From contig NC_043005.1 in NCBI RefSeq assembly GCF_006345805.1, forward strand, positions 25,916,001-25,980,000: 64,000 nt of DNA, in the 5' to 3' direction. Source of the stretch: Octopus sinensis. Its lineage: Eukaryota. The position numbers and the translations under genes are program-made. The notes below the pieces were generated by a model that ran no database searches, was not told the origin of the DNA, and was given only the letters and a program-made list of their open reading frames with translations. Below are positions 49,657-63,333 of this stretch, one piece after another; the first letter of the stretch is position 1, and every line of letters starts with the position of its first letter.

Positions 49657-50486
49657 TTCTTTCTAACTTACAGCAACCAAGGTACCTATACTTACACAAA
49701 AAAGGTAGAGTACATTGAAGGAGTAGTTAATTTGGATAAGTTATACAAAAATAAGCTAAGAGAAATAACTCAGAGTGGCCGGTAGTATGTATTTGAATAG
49801 CAAAAACGAATAAAAGTATATCAAATTCCATACAACATGAGTTATTGATTTCGTCAGGTCAGAGTTAGAAGACTCTTTTAAATTCAGGTGTGCCGCACTG
49901 TGATTCTAAACATAACTGGTTATATATGTGTGTGGGTGAATTATCGTGGCGAATAGTTAACAAGTCCGTTTCTGAATCCCATGGACTTAGAATTGCTCCG
50001 ACTGAGTTCCATGCGATGTATGTGACTCTTACCATTGTCACGGTCACTCCAAAACCTATGAAGGAAATAGGGCGAACTTGAATTACAAGTGCAACATAGG
50101 TTGCACTTGTAATTCAAAGATATAGACTCGGCGCACATTGTGTCGATCTGATTCAGCTGAAGAACTACATTAAAAGTACATCTATCGGTAGAAATATCCG
50201 GCCGCTTACGCACTAATGCAATGAATTCGTGAATAACTCCGTTCATAGAAAACTGAAACCTCATCATCACAATCGGTAGCGATCCATTTTGATAAATACA
50301 TACATACATACACATAGACATACGTGCCTATGTAAATACATATACACATACGTAAGTACGTACGTACATACATACATACATACATACATACATACATACT
50401 ACATACATACATACATACATACATACATACACACACACATACATACATACATACATACATACATACATACATACATACATACATAC

Positions 50487-51258
50487 ACTGAAGATATCAC
50501 CCACATCATAAGCAGCTGTCCGATGAGACATGACGTTGTAGTTAGGACACTCTATAATGAAATCCATCGGCAGGATAATCCCAAGAACAAAGAAATATAA
50601 ACCCACAATATGGTAGAAGCCATAGTCACTCATAATAAAAAAAAAGGAATACTGGTGGAATGTATGAGTGAAGACCTCAATAAAAGGTAAGCACAACTGA
50701 CCCGATATTATGATTTGGGATAGAGAAGAGAAACTGTGGACTGTTGTGGAAATTAGCTGCTCAGTGGATATTAGTATAAAGCTGAAGATCAGTGAAAAAG
50801 AAAACGCCTACGCTGAACTATTGAGAAATCTGCAGTTACTCTATCCAGATTACAAGTTCATGATTAAACCTCTAATTATTGGGGCACTGGGATAAGTAAC
50901 ACACTACCTACATACCAATCTTGAAAAATTAGGCTTTTCAAAACCAGAAAGAAGAAAGCTAGTTCGAAGACTACAGATCCAATTCATCACTTGAACTGTA
51001 AAAATTTGTAAAACTTTCCAGAAGTTTATCAGTTAAATATATATGTGAGCATGACTAGATATGTAACTCTATGCATGAGAATGCATACCTAAAGGAAAAC
51101 ATACAAATCTGCACACATACCTACATGCATACCATACCATACCATACAAAAATACCCTGTTGTTCATGTTGAAATTCCAGTGAAGGAATCTTGGATCAAG
51201 GTTAGAAACCGGTTTTTTCTCTGTTGGCAAGAAATCTTGAAATAAAACTGAATAATAA
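50487..51258 (+). mobile_element. RLE LINE family E, decayed 3' fragment embedded in (TACA)n
   Basis: [14 protein letters not shown]; PDIMIWDREEK..VVEISC..EKENAY..YPDYKF..PLIIGALG; (CATA)n on both sides. Confidence 0.88.
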
Positions 51259-51355
51259 CATACATACATATATACATACATACATTCATGCATACACATA
51301 TACATTCACACACACACGCACACAGACACATAAATACACGCTCGCACACACACAC

Positions 51356-51397
<42 letters not shown>

Positions 51398-51449
51398 TAT
51401 ATATGTTCGCATACATTTATATATGCATACGAGATATATACATACAGAT

Positions 51450-51900
51450 ATGCTATGTGGCTACGAAACCTGAACTCTATATCGTCGCGACATCCAAAAA
51501 TTAGGACAACAAAAGCTTCGTCCAATCTTCGTTCAAATGGTTACCTTATGTGATCTACAAAATCCTGGACAGAGCCAACATTCAATGTATCGAATCGCGG
51601 ATAATCAAATACCGTCTTCGATGGTCAGAACATGTAGCAAGAATGGAAGAGTCAGGGTTTCCACGCCAATTTCTATTCACTGAGCTTGTTTCAGAAAAAA
51701 GACCATGTGATTGCACTGAAAGAAACTCTGAAATCCACCAGAATTGAACCAACTGGCAGTGTTTCATCACCATCGGATGAAAGCCACCAGAAGAGAAAAG
51801 GAAGAAATCAATCGACAGGACAGAAAGGCTCGACAAAACCAAACTTGTCCAACAACATTATCATGCAGTCGATGTCGTTGACTTTTCTAAGCAAAAATTG
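51450..51900 (+). pseudogene. RTE-clade LINE RT C-terminal fragment
   Basis: CGYET*TLYRRDIQKL; ILDRANIQCIESRIIKYRLRWSEHVARMEESGFPRQFLFTEL. Confidence 0.8.
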
Positions 51901-52492
51901 ATTTACAGAGTCATCAACACCATCACCATAGAGGAAGCGCTCTGTAAATAAGAAAATAAATTCTCGTATACAAGAATATATATATACCAAAATTAGTGTG
52001 TGTGTGTGTGTGTGTACGAGGCACGAGGTTTTACGGGTCTTTACCACCAAACATTGCTTGATGGAGAGAAGTGAGAAATAAATAACGAAGCAGAGCTAAC
52101 TCATAAAACGACTTTACACGTTATTTCCCATATTCATTAGACTTGATTCTCTGTAAGTGTTGGTAAAATGTCCGTGTGGGTTCTGCGTCACGTATAGTTT
52201 AATTGCGCAATGCGAATGCATCTAAATGTATTCTCTTATATAAATGTATACAACCTGAATCACAGGACTGCACATTTACGAACATATGTGCACATATGTA
52301 TACTGATCATTTAATGCGTAATTACAAAAGCATTTAAACGCTTATTGGTCCATGCATTCATAAAATGGCTTATATGTATGTTATACGTACACAGCTTTGA
52401 ATTCAGGCAAAAATGCGTTAAATCTTTGGGTGGTTAATAAATTAAAGGATATTTATCATTACTATGTGTATCATTATTAATGATATTATGCA

Positions 52493-52536
<44 letters not shown>

Positions 52537-53039
52537 TCTGACTGAATAGTTAGTGAGATCGGACTGTTGTTTATTTATGCAAGGAGAGAAAGCCTTTTCA
52601 CTAATGTTCAAAATGTCCACCGTTGGAGTTATTATATCTAATGTCACTGTATTTTCTAGATGATTTCACTTAAATAATTGTCGACATATGTTATTAAAAG
52701 ACAAGCAAATAAATATGCCTCATCACACTAAACACGTACGTTATTGCCGTTGTGCCACGGATGCATTCTAATAAAAACAATATATATCAATATATATATA
52801 TCATCAATATAAGCAGCGGTTAATGCAACAACAATAATAGCAAGGCAGTCATTCATAACACCAGTTACGATTTCACACAGTTCTTGTGATAAATTATACA
52901 TATAATATGATATGGAAAATTATCGCGTTTGATAAATAACTTATTATGAATGCTCGATGATTGGGGATTAAGATAACAGAGATAGCTGGTCTAGGACAAA
53001 TATGCTATATAGCAATATCATATGACTGATTTATATATA

Positions 53040-53144
53040 CGAGGGGTGTATGAAAAGTCTTCAGTCTTGAAGTCTTGTAATTTCATCAGAAGTCTTGTAC
53101 CATGTTTTGCTATTTTGAGGCTCAAGACTTTACATACACCCCTC

Positions 53145-53145
<1 letters not shown>
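53040..53145. mobile_element. 106-bp mariner-type MITE with TA TSD
   Basis: ta|cgaggggtgtatgaaaagtctt ... aagactttacatacacccctcg|ta. Confidence 0.88.
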
Positions 53146-53208
<63 letters not shown>

Positions 53209-53218
53209 ATAGGTATAT

Positions 53219-53252
<34 letters not shown>

Positions 53253-53479
53253 GGACGGAGAAGGAGTGACAGACAGATAAATAGAGGATGAATGAGTAGA
53301 TAGATAGATAAATGGCTTCATAAATAGATATGTGTATGTATGTGTATCTTCTCAGTAATTTAGTTAAAATATATATAAATATATGTATTCATGTATTTTT
53401 TGTATATACTGATGTATTTTGATATACGTGTATAAAGCATAATATAAATCAATCATATAATATATATTTATGTATACAA

Positions 53480-53534
<55 letters not shown>

Positions 53535-53539
<5 letters not shown>

Positions 53540-53635
53540 GTAAATGTAATATGTGACAATTATTCGGTAGCCATAATAGAACTCCGAGTTTTATCATGGC
53601 TACCGAATAATTGTCTCATATTACATTTACAGATA
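53535..53635. repeat. 101-bp near-perfect hairpin abutting (TA)n
   Basis: tatctgtaaatgtaatatgtgacaattattcggtagccat... vs ...atggctaccgaataattgtctcatattacatttacagata. Confidence 0.9.
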
Positions 53636-53713
53636 AATTCCTCTATTTACATAATATCGAGGTCTCTTTCATTCTTTTGATGTCTTACCATTTTTATCAA
53701 TATATATATATAT

Positions 53714-53876
53714 AGGAGTGGCTGTGTAGTAAGTAGCTTGCTTCCCAACCACATGGTCCGGGTTCAGTCCCACTGCGTGACATCTTGGGCAAGTGTCTTC
53801 TACTATAGCCTCGGGCCGACCAAAGCCTTGTGAGTGGATTTGGTAGACGGAAACTGATAGAAGCCCGTCGTGTATA
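53714..53876 (+). mobile_element. SINE family O 5' half
   Basis: Head plus CORE-like segment. Confidence 0.85.
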
Positions 53877-53927
53877 TGTATATGTGTGTGTGTGTGTGTG
53901 TTTCTGTGTATGTATGTGTGACAGAGG

Positions 53928-53963
<36 letters not shown>

Positions 53964-54311
53964 GACAAAGGCAGAAAGAAAGCTGCTAATTCAAATATTG
54001 GTGCATTCTTTGTCTTCAGAAGCTGGTAATTTTAAGAATTATACATTTCAACGTGAGATGTTTGTTAGTGTTTGAATCTATGTGTGTACTACCTGTGCAT
54101 GCATGTATGTATGTATGCACGCATGCATGTATATATGTAGGTATGTATGTATGTATGCATGTATGTATGTATTACAATATGCGGAGACTGATAAAATTGA
54201 AAGTCAATCTCAGTTAATAACAAGAGTATTTCCCTGTATAAAGAACTTTCTAAAGAACACTAGTGTTAATCGGGTTTTCAGCTGGTCATGTCATTATATA
54301 CATTCATACAC

Positions 54312-54352
<41 letters not shown>

Positions 54353-54607
54353 CGTGTGTGTGTGTGTGTATACATACGTGCGTATATGTATATATATGTA
54401 TATATTAACACATATATGCATACATACATGCATATACATTTATATATATATCTGTGTGTGTGTTTGTATGTGTATGTGAGTGTGTACATAAGTATATATA
54501 TGTGTATACAAGTGTAGACGTGTATATAATTAGAGAGACAGTGAGGAATATATAGATAGATAGATAAACGATATCACCAAATTAAATCTGGTTAATACTA
54601 TGCATAA

Positions 54608-54681
<74 letters not shown>

Positions 54682-55087
54682 CTGTGTGTGTCTGTGTGTA
54701 TGCGTGCTTGTGTGTCTGTATACACACATATATGTTCTTCGTGTATATATATGTTTTCCTGTATGTATGTATGTATGTATGTATGTATTATGTGCTTGTG
54801 CGTTGTTTACTTTTCAGTGAAATATCCAGTCTCTTCTGGTTTGTGAAATTCTCCAACACTTCAATAATATTCCTATTTGTTGGTCAAAGCATGTCCAGCC
54901 CATTCACTAAGTGTTACAATAACAATAATTTTAATGCTTTTACTCGTCCACCATTCGCAGACTACAACGTCAAGTTTCGTTAAGACTTTCTGCAATACAG
55001 ACACGAAACGGTTTCGTCGTCTTCTTTCTCTCTTTTTGAATCCGGAAAATTTCCCATATATGGAATGCTCCTCACATATCTATACCA

Positions 55088-55157
<70 letters not shown>

Positions 55158-55176
55158 GGTGGTGATGGTGGTGGTG

Positions 55177-55228
<52 letters not shown>

Positions 55229-55569
55229 CAGCAGTAGTAGTAGTATGCTCCATGACTAATGTCATTCTCCTCTTCTTGAGAAATAAGCATTAGTTAAGAA
55301 TTTCGCCAGTGATAGGAACGATTCCATTATTGAATCTCTTCATGGCAGGTATCATTAGGAGAAAATGTCAGAAATCCTACTTGAAATAGTTTTGACCGCT
55401 AGATGGCAGAAGCTGTTGAGCACAAATATACAATTGACTTTTAGTATTATTTAGACCACTCTTTATTCTAGGATCGTTTCCCGACGAATTTTATTCTACT
55501 TTCTCCTACTCAACGTTCCACCAAGATCGACATGTTTTGTCACATTCTTGTTTTTGTCATTTCCGTAGA

Positions 55570-56290
55570 CGCCATCCATTCAAAAGAGTAATGTGCACAG
55601 ATGGATAAAGTGTAAAGAATGGGAAACCAGTATTGAAGGAAAAACTACGCAAGTTGATCAGTTGATTTGCGCGGACAGGCGATGCACAATCTGTAAGTTT
55701 GGTACGCAACTAGACTGCCGTCATACTACATGAGATATGATGGAAAGTGTTAGGTATCCGAAAGTGTATGATAAGTGGGTGGATACCCTGTTAGTTGGTA
55801 CTCGATTTGAAGCAGAGACGGCAGAAAGTCTTTTCTGATTCATTGGAAGCGTTTGGAGTTAATAAAGATACGTTCTTTTGTGATCTGGTGAGAAGCATTG
55901 AAAAGGGACATATGTTCAGATCACGCAATGGACTCAAACAAATTCTCGAAGACCCAACATATTCAAGAGCCAGAAATTGCCACGGAAAGCCTTGTTATTT
56001 AAGGAGACAAGGGCATCATCCCTTTGATTTTGTAGAACGTGACAATATCATTAACATCGTTACTTTGAGACACATAAATTTTAGAGGAGTGATTAGGTCG
56101 AGGAGACCAAAAGAAGCCGGAAAATAACCCACATTTACTATGATGTGTGACCAATCACGCACTCAACAAGTGGGGTTGCCCATTGGTCCACCCCACAGTT
56201 CAGCCATGATCTTCACCCTACAACTTCGACCTGTTCGATCCGATATAGGACACTTTTCCTTGTCTGAGCATCCTATTAATACTTCGCATG
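55570..56290 (+). pseudogene. Decayed mariner transposase
   Basis: DRRCTI (cf. RRITI); GYPKVYDKWV (cf. GYRKVCARWVP); HHPFDFVERDNIIN; IRSRRP; DL.P.NFDLFDP (cf. DLAPSDFHLF). Confidence 0.65.
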
Positions 56291-56347
56291 CACCACGTCC
56301 TCGTGTTGTTGCTTTTTTGTCTTTTTTTACTCCGTTGTTTTAAAATC

Positions 56348-56389
<42 letters not shown>

Positions 56390-57220
56390 TTGTTACGAGT
56401 TCACATGTGTTTGAGACATATTAGAACCCTTAAGAAGGCTATGACCATTTACTGACTGAATCAAAGTGACACAGCTTGTAAGAAGGCTGGCCCTTGAAAT
56501 TATGGTTAAATGTCTACGCGGCTTCCGAACAGTTTCTATTTACTCTATATCATTCACAAATATCTGTCGTCGAGAGAATCTGAAAACTGATACAAGCATT
56601 ACACGTTCTTCTCTGATCAACTTAATATTTAATAAACTGGAAGAATTTATTGTTTTACAATATAAAGAAGACAGCTTCGCAATATTTACCGACATTCTTC
56701 GTTTGATGTTTCCACAAATTGTTAATTACTGACCATCAATAGAGTGAAACTGGCTTAACAGAGTAGATTTATCACGTTCAGTAGTGTTCTTGGTGTGTGA
56801 AAACCACATTAAAATCTTCAGAGAGATTAAATACTTTTTGATTCACGAACATGTTTTTTTCTTTGTTATTGTCCATATTTTATGTGTGCTTCATTCTTTG
56901 AGTTAGATCTAAGAAAAAAACATGCTGTAGAATCAACCACTGGGATTTCACTATTAATATATTTATGAGGCTCTTATCAACATTCATTCAGGTGAATATC
57001 ACCACTGGTTTTATGATTTGTGGTATTTCGTGTTTATTTATCATTGTGGCATCTTATCAACAATTCAATATCGTTTCATCATCTCAGAAATAAGTTTTTA
57101 AAAATCGAATTCTTTATTGTTTTCTTTTTTTTTCATTTTAATTATGAAGTAATTAGTTTGTATCAACATTTCGAAAATATTTAATGAAGGAATGTAAATT
57201 ATATTTTAATTTATTGAATA

Positions 57221-57620
57221 GGCGCAAGAGTGGCTGTGTGGTAAGTAGCTTGCTTACCAACCACATGGTTCCGGGTTCAATCACACTGCGTGGCACCTTG
57301 GGCAAGTGTCTTCTATTATAGCCTCGGGCCGACCAGAGCCTTGTGAGCGGACTTCCTAGACGGAAACTGAAAGAAGCTCGTCGTATATATATATATATAT
57401 ACATACATATGTATGTGTGGGGGTGTTTGTCTGTGTTTGTCCCCCATCATCACTTGACAACCGATTTTGATGTATTTACGTCCCCGTCACCTAATGTTTC
57501 AGTAAAAGAGACCGATAGAATAAGTACTAGGTTTGCAAAGAATACGTCCTGGGGTCGATTTGTTCGACTAAAGGCGGTGCTCCAGCATGGCTCCAGTTAA
57601 ATGGCTGAAACAAGTAAACT
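57221..57620 (+). mobile_element. SINE family O, full length
   Basis: Head, CORE-like segment, microsatellite, 3' arm. Confidence 0.9.
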
Positions 57621-57734
57621 AATGTAGAGACTATTTTGTTATGGTTATTTCTATAGAAATTATATAGCCAGCATTGATTTTTTACTGCAAAGTTTTGTAT
57701 CGAGAAACAAACAATGAGATCGAAGACAAAAATG

Positions 57735-59065
57735 GGGACGTCTCGATACGAAACGTTGTAGCCAGAAAAATGAGTTCTGGCTATAATTTCTGCAGAAATA
57801 AACTTAAATAAATAATGTAAAGAGCACTGCTAACGCAGTAGGACGTGATGTTGACTCATAAAAATATTTTATATAGTTTATAGTAATATTGTGGTTCATT
57901 AACGAAATATCCCGTAACTGAAAGTCATTAATGTCTACATACCAGTTCCAGAATGCGTTTAATATGTAAATTGGTAAATCCAATAACATAACGCCGTTGT
58001 ACGCGGTGGCTATGTAAGCAAAGCAATGTATACGGAATCGAGAATAGGTTTCATGTGAACTGATGAAGGGGTAAAACCTACCGAAATATGTATGTACACT
58101 CATTGCTCATTTTTATCGCTAATCTCATTGTTTCTTTACATCTGACGTCTCGATGCGAAACGTTGTAACAAAAAATGGCTATAATTTCTGTGGAAACAAC
58201 CTTACAAAATAATGTGAAGAGCACTGCTAACACAGTATGATGTGATGTTGACTCATAAGAACATTTAATATAATTTATAGGATATTATCGTTGCATAACG
58301 AAATACCACGTACCTGGAAGACATTAATGTCTACATACCAGTTCCAGGAATGCGTTTAATATGTAAATTGGCATATCCAATAACTTAACACCGCTATATG
58401 CTGTGTCTATATAAGCAATGTGATCGGGGGAGAGAGTAGGTTAGATAGCTGCTGGTGAAGGGGCAAAAATATACACATACACACATTGTTTGTTTACATC
58501 TGACGTCTCGATGCCAAACGTTGTAACAAAAAAAAAAATGGCTATAATTTCTGTAGAAATAGCCTTAACAAAATATTGTAAAGAGCACTGCTAACACAGT
58601 AGGACGTCGCGTTGGCTTATAAAGACATTTAATATAGTTTATAGTATAACTAGCAGTATCGCCCGGCGTTGCTCGGGTTTGTAAGGGAAATAACTATAAA
58701 GGATTTTTAGAGAGTTATAGCCAAAAAATAGCAAAAAATGCATTAAAAATGGAAAAAAAATTATGGTAATTTTTTTTTAAATCGTTGACTCATCGTAAAC
58801 ATTAAAATATACATTAAAATGGAAAAAATGATGGTAAATTATTTTTAAAATCGTAGACTCATCGTAGACGCGCGCTAATACCCAGAAGGGCTCGATATGA
58901 ATCACGACTATAAGATACCTGAATTTGGTTAAACTGCACCGCAAAATGTGGGAGTAGTTAGGAATCTAAATCGAAGGGGACAGACACTCACACAACTACA
59001 GTTTTATATATATAGATATGGCTGCAGAACGAAATACCGCGTACCTACAAATCATTAATACGTAG
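57735..59065 (+). repeat. Diverged tandem repeat, ~360-405-bp unit x2.5; third unit split by a Helitron
   Basis: Units start 'gacgtctcgat.cgaaacgttgta' at ~57737, ~58143, ~58502; short inverted fragment at 57631-57670. Confidence 0.85.
58650..59016 (-). mobile_element. Non-autonomous Helitron
   Basis: Minus-strand 5' TCtatatatataaa, 3' hairpin + CTAG, A|T target; the flanks rejoin to match the uninterrupted units. Confidence 0.9.
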
Positions 59066-61207
59066 AGACTGATTTGAATGCGAGTATACCGATTAGACAA
59101 CCGAACGGTCTGAAGACATATGGATACCAGACCTAGAATGCTCTGTGTTCATAAAGTATGTAGTATTAGATTTGAAAATAAATAATGGTTAGATTTATAT
59201 CCAGACACGACAGGAACAGAATCATTATGAAGAAAATAAGTTTCAATTTAGAAATTTTCAACTAAGTTATTAATCCCGTAAATTCTGACCACGAAAACTA
59301 AAACAGGATGTGTGCTGATGGATGGCGTTCATCTTTCAGTCTTTATGGTCTCCCTTCCATTATCCGGCCATATATACCCACTGACATATTGCATAAATAC
59401 GTATGAGTGTGTGCTATGTCGTCTCAGAACAACAGGCATAATATTACGTGAGGACAGAGCTTTTAGTTTCCCATCTTGATTCTTGATTACATTATTGAGT
59501 TTAATGCTCCTGACGCACAGAGACTTCAGTGAGCGTCTGGTGCATATATATGTGTGTGTGTGTTTGTGTATGTGTGTGTGTTGGTATATGTATATATATT
59601 TATGATTAATTTATAACTAAAGATGTATTAAAGAATTTTTTGTTATCGTCTTTTTGTTGGGTATATATATATATGTATATGTTTATGTGTGTGTGTGTGT
59701 TGATAGATATTTCTTGTTTAACAACATATTGTCACTTTATAAAATAGATATAAATCTTGGATCAAATCAAGGATACAGACTTTTACGATCGCTTGATCTA
59801 CAAGAAATAACAACCAAATTTCTCTCAAATCACATCGAAACATCTCAAAAGAAAACACATTAACATATTAGTTAACATAGTTTTAGTTAGCGAGATGGTC
59901 ACGGTTGGAATCATAAATTGACGTGAATCTAAGTGCCAACTACAGACATCTTCCGTCGTACGTAAAAGAATTTTCTTCTCTACAACGGAGAATTGAAACC
60001 GTATCGTAACCGCGATTTGACTGAAACTTACCTCTTGCTAATTAATATAATTCTTCACTCAATTAAACTAATATATGAATTAATAATTTTAAAGCTGAGC
60101 CAATGTAGATTGATAACTTAATTAAATCTCACTTTGAAACTCACTCTGATGAAACCGCACCTAATGAAAATTTCGCAGTGCAGAATTCTATCAAACAGAG
60201 TAAAGCAAATATGTTTATTTCCGTTTAATATTTGAAATGTTTCAGCTTCTTTTCACATTGTTAACGACACAAGTAATTGTAAATATTTGAAATCGAGGTG
60301 GAGTTAACTTGAGAAATAATTACTCTTATCTACGTTATTGCTATGGTCGTTCGGCAATTATCTAATTGAGAAATATTTTGAATATGTTCTTCGAAATATT
60401 CCAATTTGTTGAGACTGTTATTCAAAATTGTGATTTAGAATTGGATAGTTGAATGCTTTTTTCAAAAACTACAAAGAATCTAGAAATAGAACAGGGTTAT
60501 CTTTGTTACTTAATCATTATGATTCTTAATGTGTCATCACTTCCTGCAGAATTGAAATTTATGAATGCATAAACATATCTCATGATATTGTGTGTTTTAA
60601 ATCAAAATTGCCCGACAAATAACCAGTATTTAGGAGTATATGTGTATTCCTGTATATCCAAATGAAAGCTACGAGGTGGACTCTTATTATAGTCCGAGTT
60701 TCATTTGGTTGAACTCTAGAGATGGGTATGTCACAGAGTAGATAGAGAAAGCGAAACAGAAGCGGTTTTGTGCAAGAATACATATTTACAATATCTTAGC
60801 GCATTGCATTTACAACCAAAACTATCAGTTACATAAGGAAAATCCGATAACATTGTCAAAACTTCATTTTTCCACTCGCGGTAATTTAAGTCAAGACTAA
60901 AACATTGAAGGACTTGGCTGTTTAAATATCTAATAGTTAATTCTTGACTTCCTCACGACGAAAAACCTTTAAATATCGAAATAAAATACTGGTCAAGATG
61001 TACATTCAGAAATACCAAATAAGGAGCTATATTTTATTTCAAATTCATATTTTAAAATTTCTTAACCTTCATCTGTCATACCTACTATGTTTTTAAGTAA
61101 ACTAGAAGTTAGAACTACTGAGTTATATTGATTAATAGTTTATATAGTTTTTTTTTTTAAGTATTTCAGAAAAGTCAATTATCGATACACAATATAGGTA
61201 TTATATA

Positions 61208-61280
<73 letters not shown>

Positions 61281-61651
61281 TATATGGGTACAGGAGGTCA
61301 CCAACAGTAAACAACATGAAATACGAAAACAAATGAGTTAAATACGCAAACAACGAGAGAGAAAAAATAGAAAACAGGACGAGAAATACAAAGACGGACC
61401 CTTCATCAGTTGTCGGCTGTCTATCCTCTTTTCGAGCATTCAACGACAATTTGAGTCTTCGAAAGCGGTTGCCCCCATAAATACCACAATAAAATTTTTG
61501 ATTTATGGAGGGGGTGTCAAAGTTGGGAACAAAAAACAGGACAGTGGAGACATAGAACGAAAATAAACATGGAGGGTCGTTAGACCAGAACGAGGGTAAA
61601 ATAGCGAACGCCGGGAGGAATATTTTCTTTGAAAAGAGAAAATGTTTAACC

Positions 61652-62409
61652 TTCTAGCTTACTTACACTATTTACAGCAGTGCTTGGAAGGAACGTGTGT
61701 AACGTGTGATCGTCGCATTGACCATGACAGAAAACGTTGTCATGGTGATACTTGCACAGAGGCCTACGCAAAGTTCCAGAATGTGTATGCAGAGGAGTGT
61801 ATGAGCTGTACACAAGTTGTTGAGACGTTTCCAGGATGGCCGAGAAAATGACGATCGTGATAAACGTTCTGGGAGATCTGCAACCAGCAGAACTGAGGTC
61901 ATCGCAGATGTGCGTGCAGCTGTGAGGGAAAATCAACGAATCACCATCCGTGAGTTATCAGAGGATGTGGCAATTATTTGCGGTTCAGTTCAGTCCATTA
62001 TCACTGAAGATTTGGGGATGAGATGCATGTCTGCCAAGTTTGAGACAAAACTGCTTTCAGCTGACCAAAAAGACGGTTTCAGTTGCACACAATTTCCTTG
62101 ATTGTGTCAAGAACGAAGAAAACGCTTTGAAAATTTTCGTAGGCATCTGAGCAAGTATCGCCAAGCTTTTGTCAAAATCTGATGCAGATTCTCTGCTCAA
62201 CTTTCTCTGTCATGGTCAATGCGAAGATCACACACTTCACACCTTCCTTCCAAGCACTGCTGTAAACAGCTGAAGTGCGTTAGAACATTAAAACTTAGTA
62301 CGTATGCACAGCAAAGTTCAGGGTCAATCTGTACCAAATTGCTTTACTTTGCGTGTTTTAGCTTCGTTACTATACCAACAGTCCGGATACTAACTGATCA
62401 GACTTTGTA
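61652..62409 (+). mobile_element. Second copy of the mariner foldback derivative (left TIR lost)
   Basis: Same junction after ..KNEEN; right end 'caacagtccggatactaactgatcagac'; inverted arm encodes MTEKVEQRICIRF. Confidence 0.88.
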
Positions 62410-63333
62410 AAAATAACTGAATTTAAGTCTTGCATTTAAAAGCATATTTTTTCCTCATTTTCTCTACAACACCGTCAAATCGAAATTTGCTCGAAGAAAA
62501 TGGCAAAACATCTGTGGCATTTATGAATAAATCACTTTTTCGATTACTTTTCTCTTAGTAAAAATAAATAATACTTGAAAAAAAAAAGAAAGCAATAAAC
62601 ACAAGAAAATTATTATCTCAACCTAGACTGACAGGCATTATTTTTCTCAATTATCATCGTTTTGAACTTAAAGCTCCTTTATGAAAAGCACGCCTGGTTC
62701 CGCTTGGCACGAACAGCCTGCATCTATAATATGATTTTCACTGCCATTAGTTTATTAAAAGATTAATTAATTGAACTCATATTTTTTTACATTTCATTAT
62801 TTTTTTATTTATATATTTATTAGATGATTTCTTGTAGTTTTAGTATATATGTTTGCTTTCAACATTTTAAAAATATATTGTTTGTTTGTTTTACTTGTTG
62901 CTTTTTAAATTTCTTATTCTCCTTCTATAAGATGACTTAATCAAGTGTCATGCAAATACGAATGGTTGAATAAAGAAAATATTTATTACATTAAATTGAT
63001 CAACGGTAGTTAATTAATAATTTTAAAAAATGTGATTCATGGAAACCTACTTTCATATATTAATAAATTGGTAATTGTTTAAACACGCTTACACACTCAC
63101 ACAAGGACAGACTAGTTACATACGCATACATATAGTTACATACATATATATATATATACACACACATATATATATAAACGTATACATGAGCATACACACA
63201 CACAAGATACAAAAAGAGACATATGTGTGCGTGTTTGAGTGTGTGACTTTGTCTATGCCTGTGTATTTATGTGTGTATGTGCGCGTACGTATATATACAA
63301 ATATACAAATGTATATGCATATATATATACATA

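Noticed and set aside
57735-59065. CRISPR-like array or tandem gene exons
   Set aside because: Whole units are homologous (no unique spacers), the context is eukaryotic, and no shared ORF exists
60140-60200. CUGAUGA followed by a GCAC/GUGC stem
   Set aside because: No GAAA box or stem III after the stem
60657-60712. Hairpin as a pre-miRNA
   Set aside because: Only 10-13 bp of continuous pairing, with a large asymmetric bulge
61398-61440. 'cttcatcag...tttcgagc' as a minus-strand hammerhead (also 46050-46088)
   Set aside because: Core halves are in the wrong order for type I, and I found no closing stems for another topology
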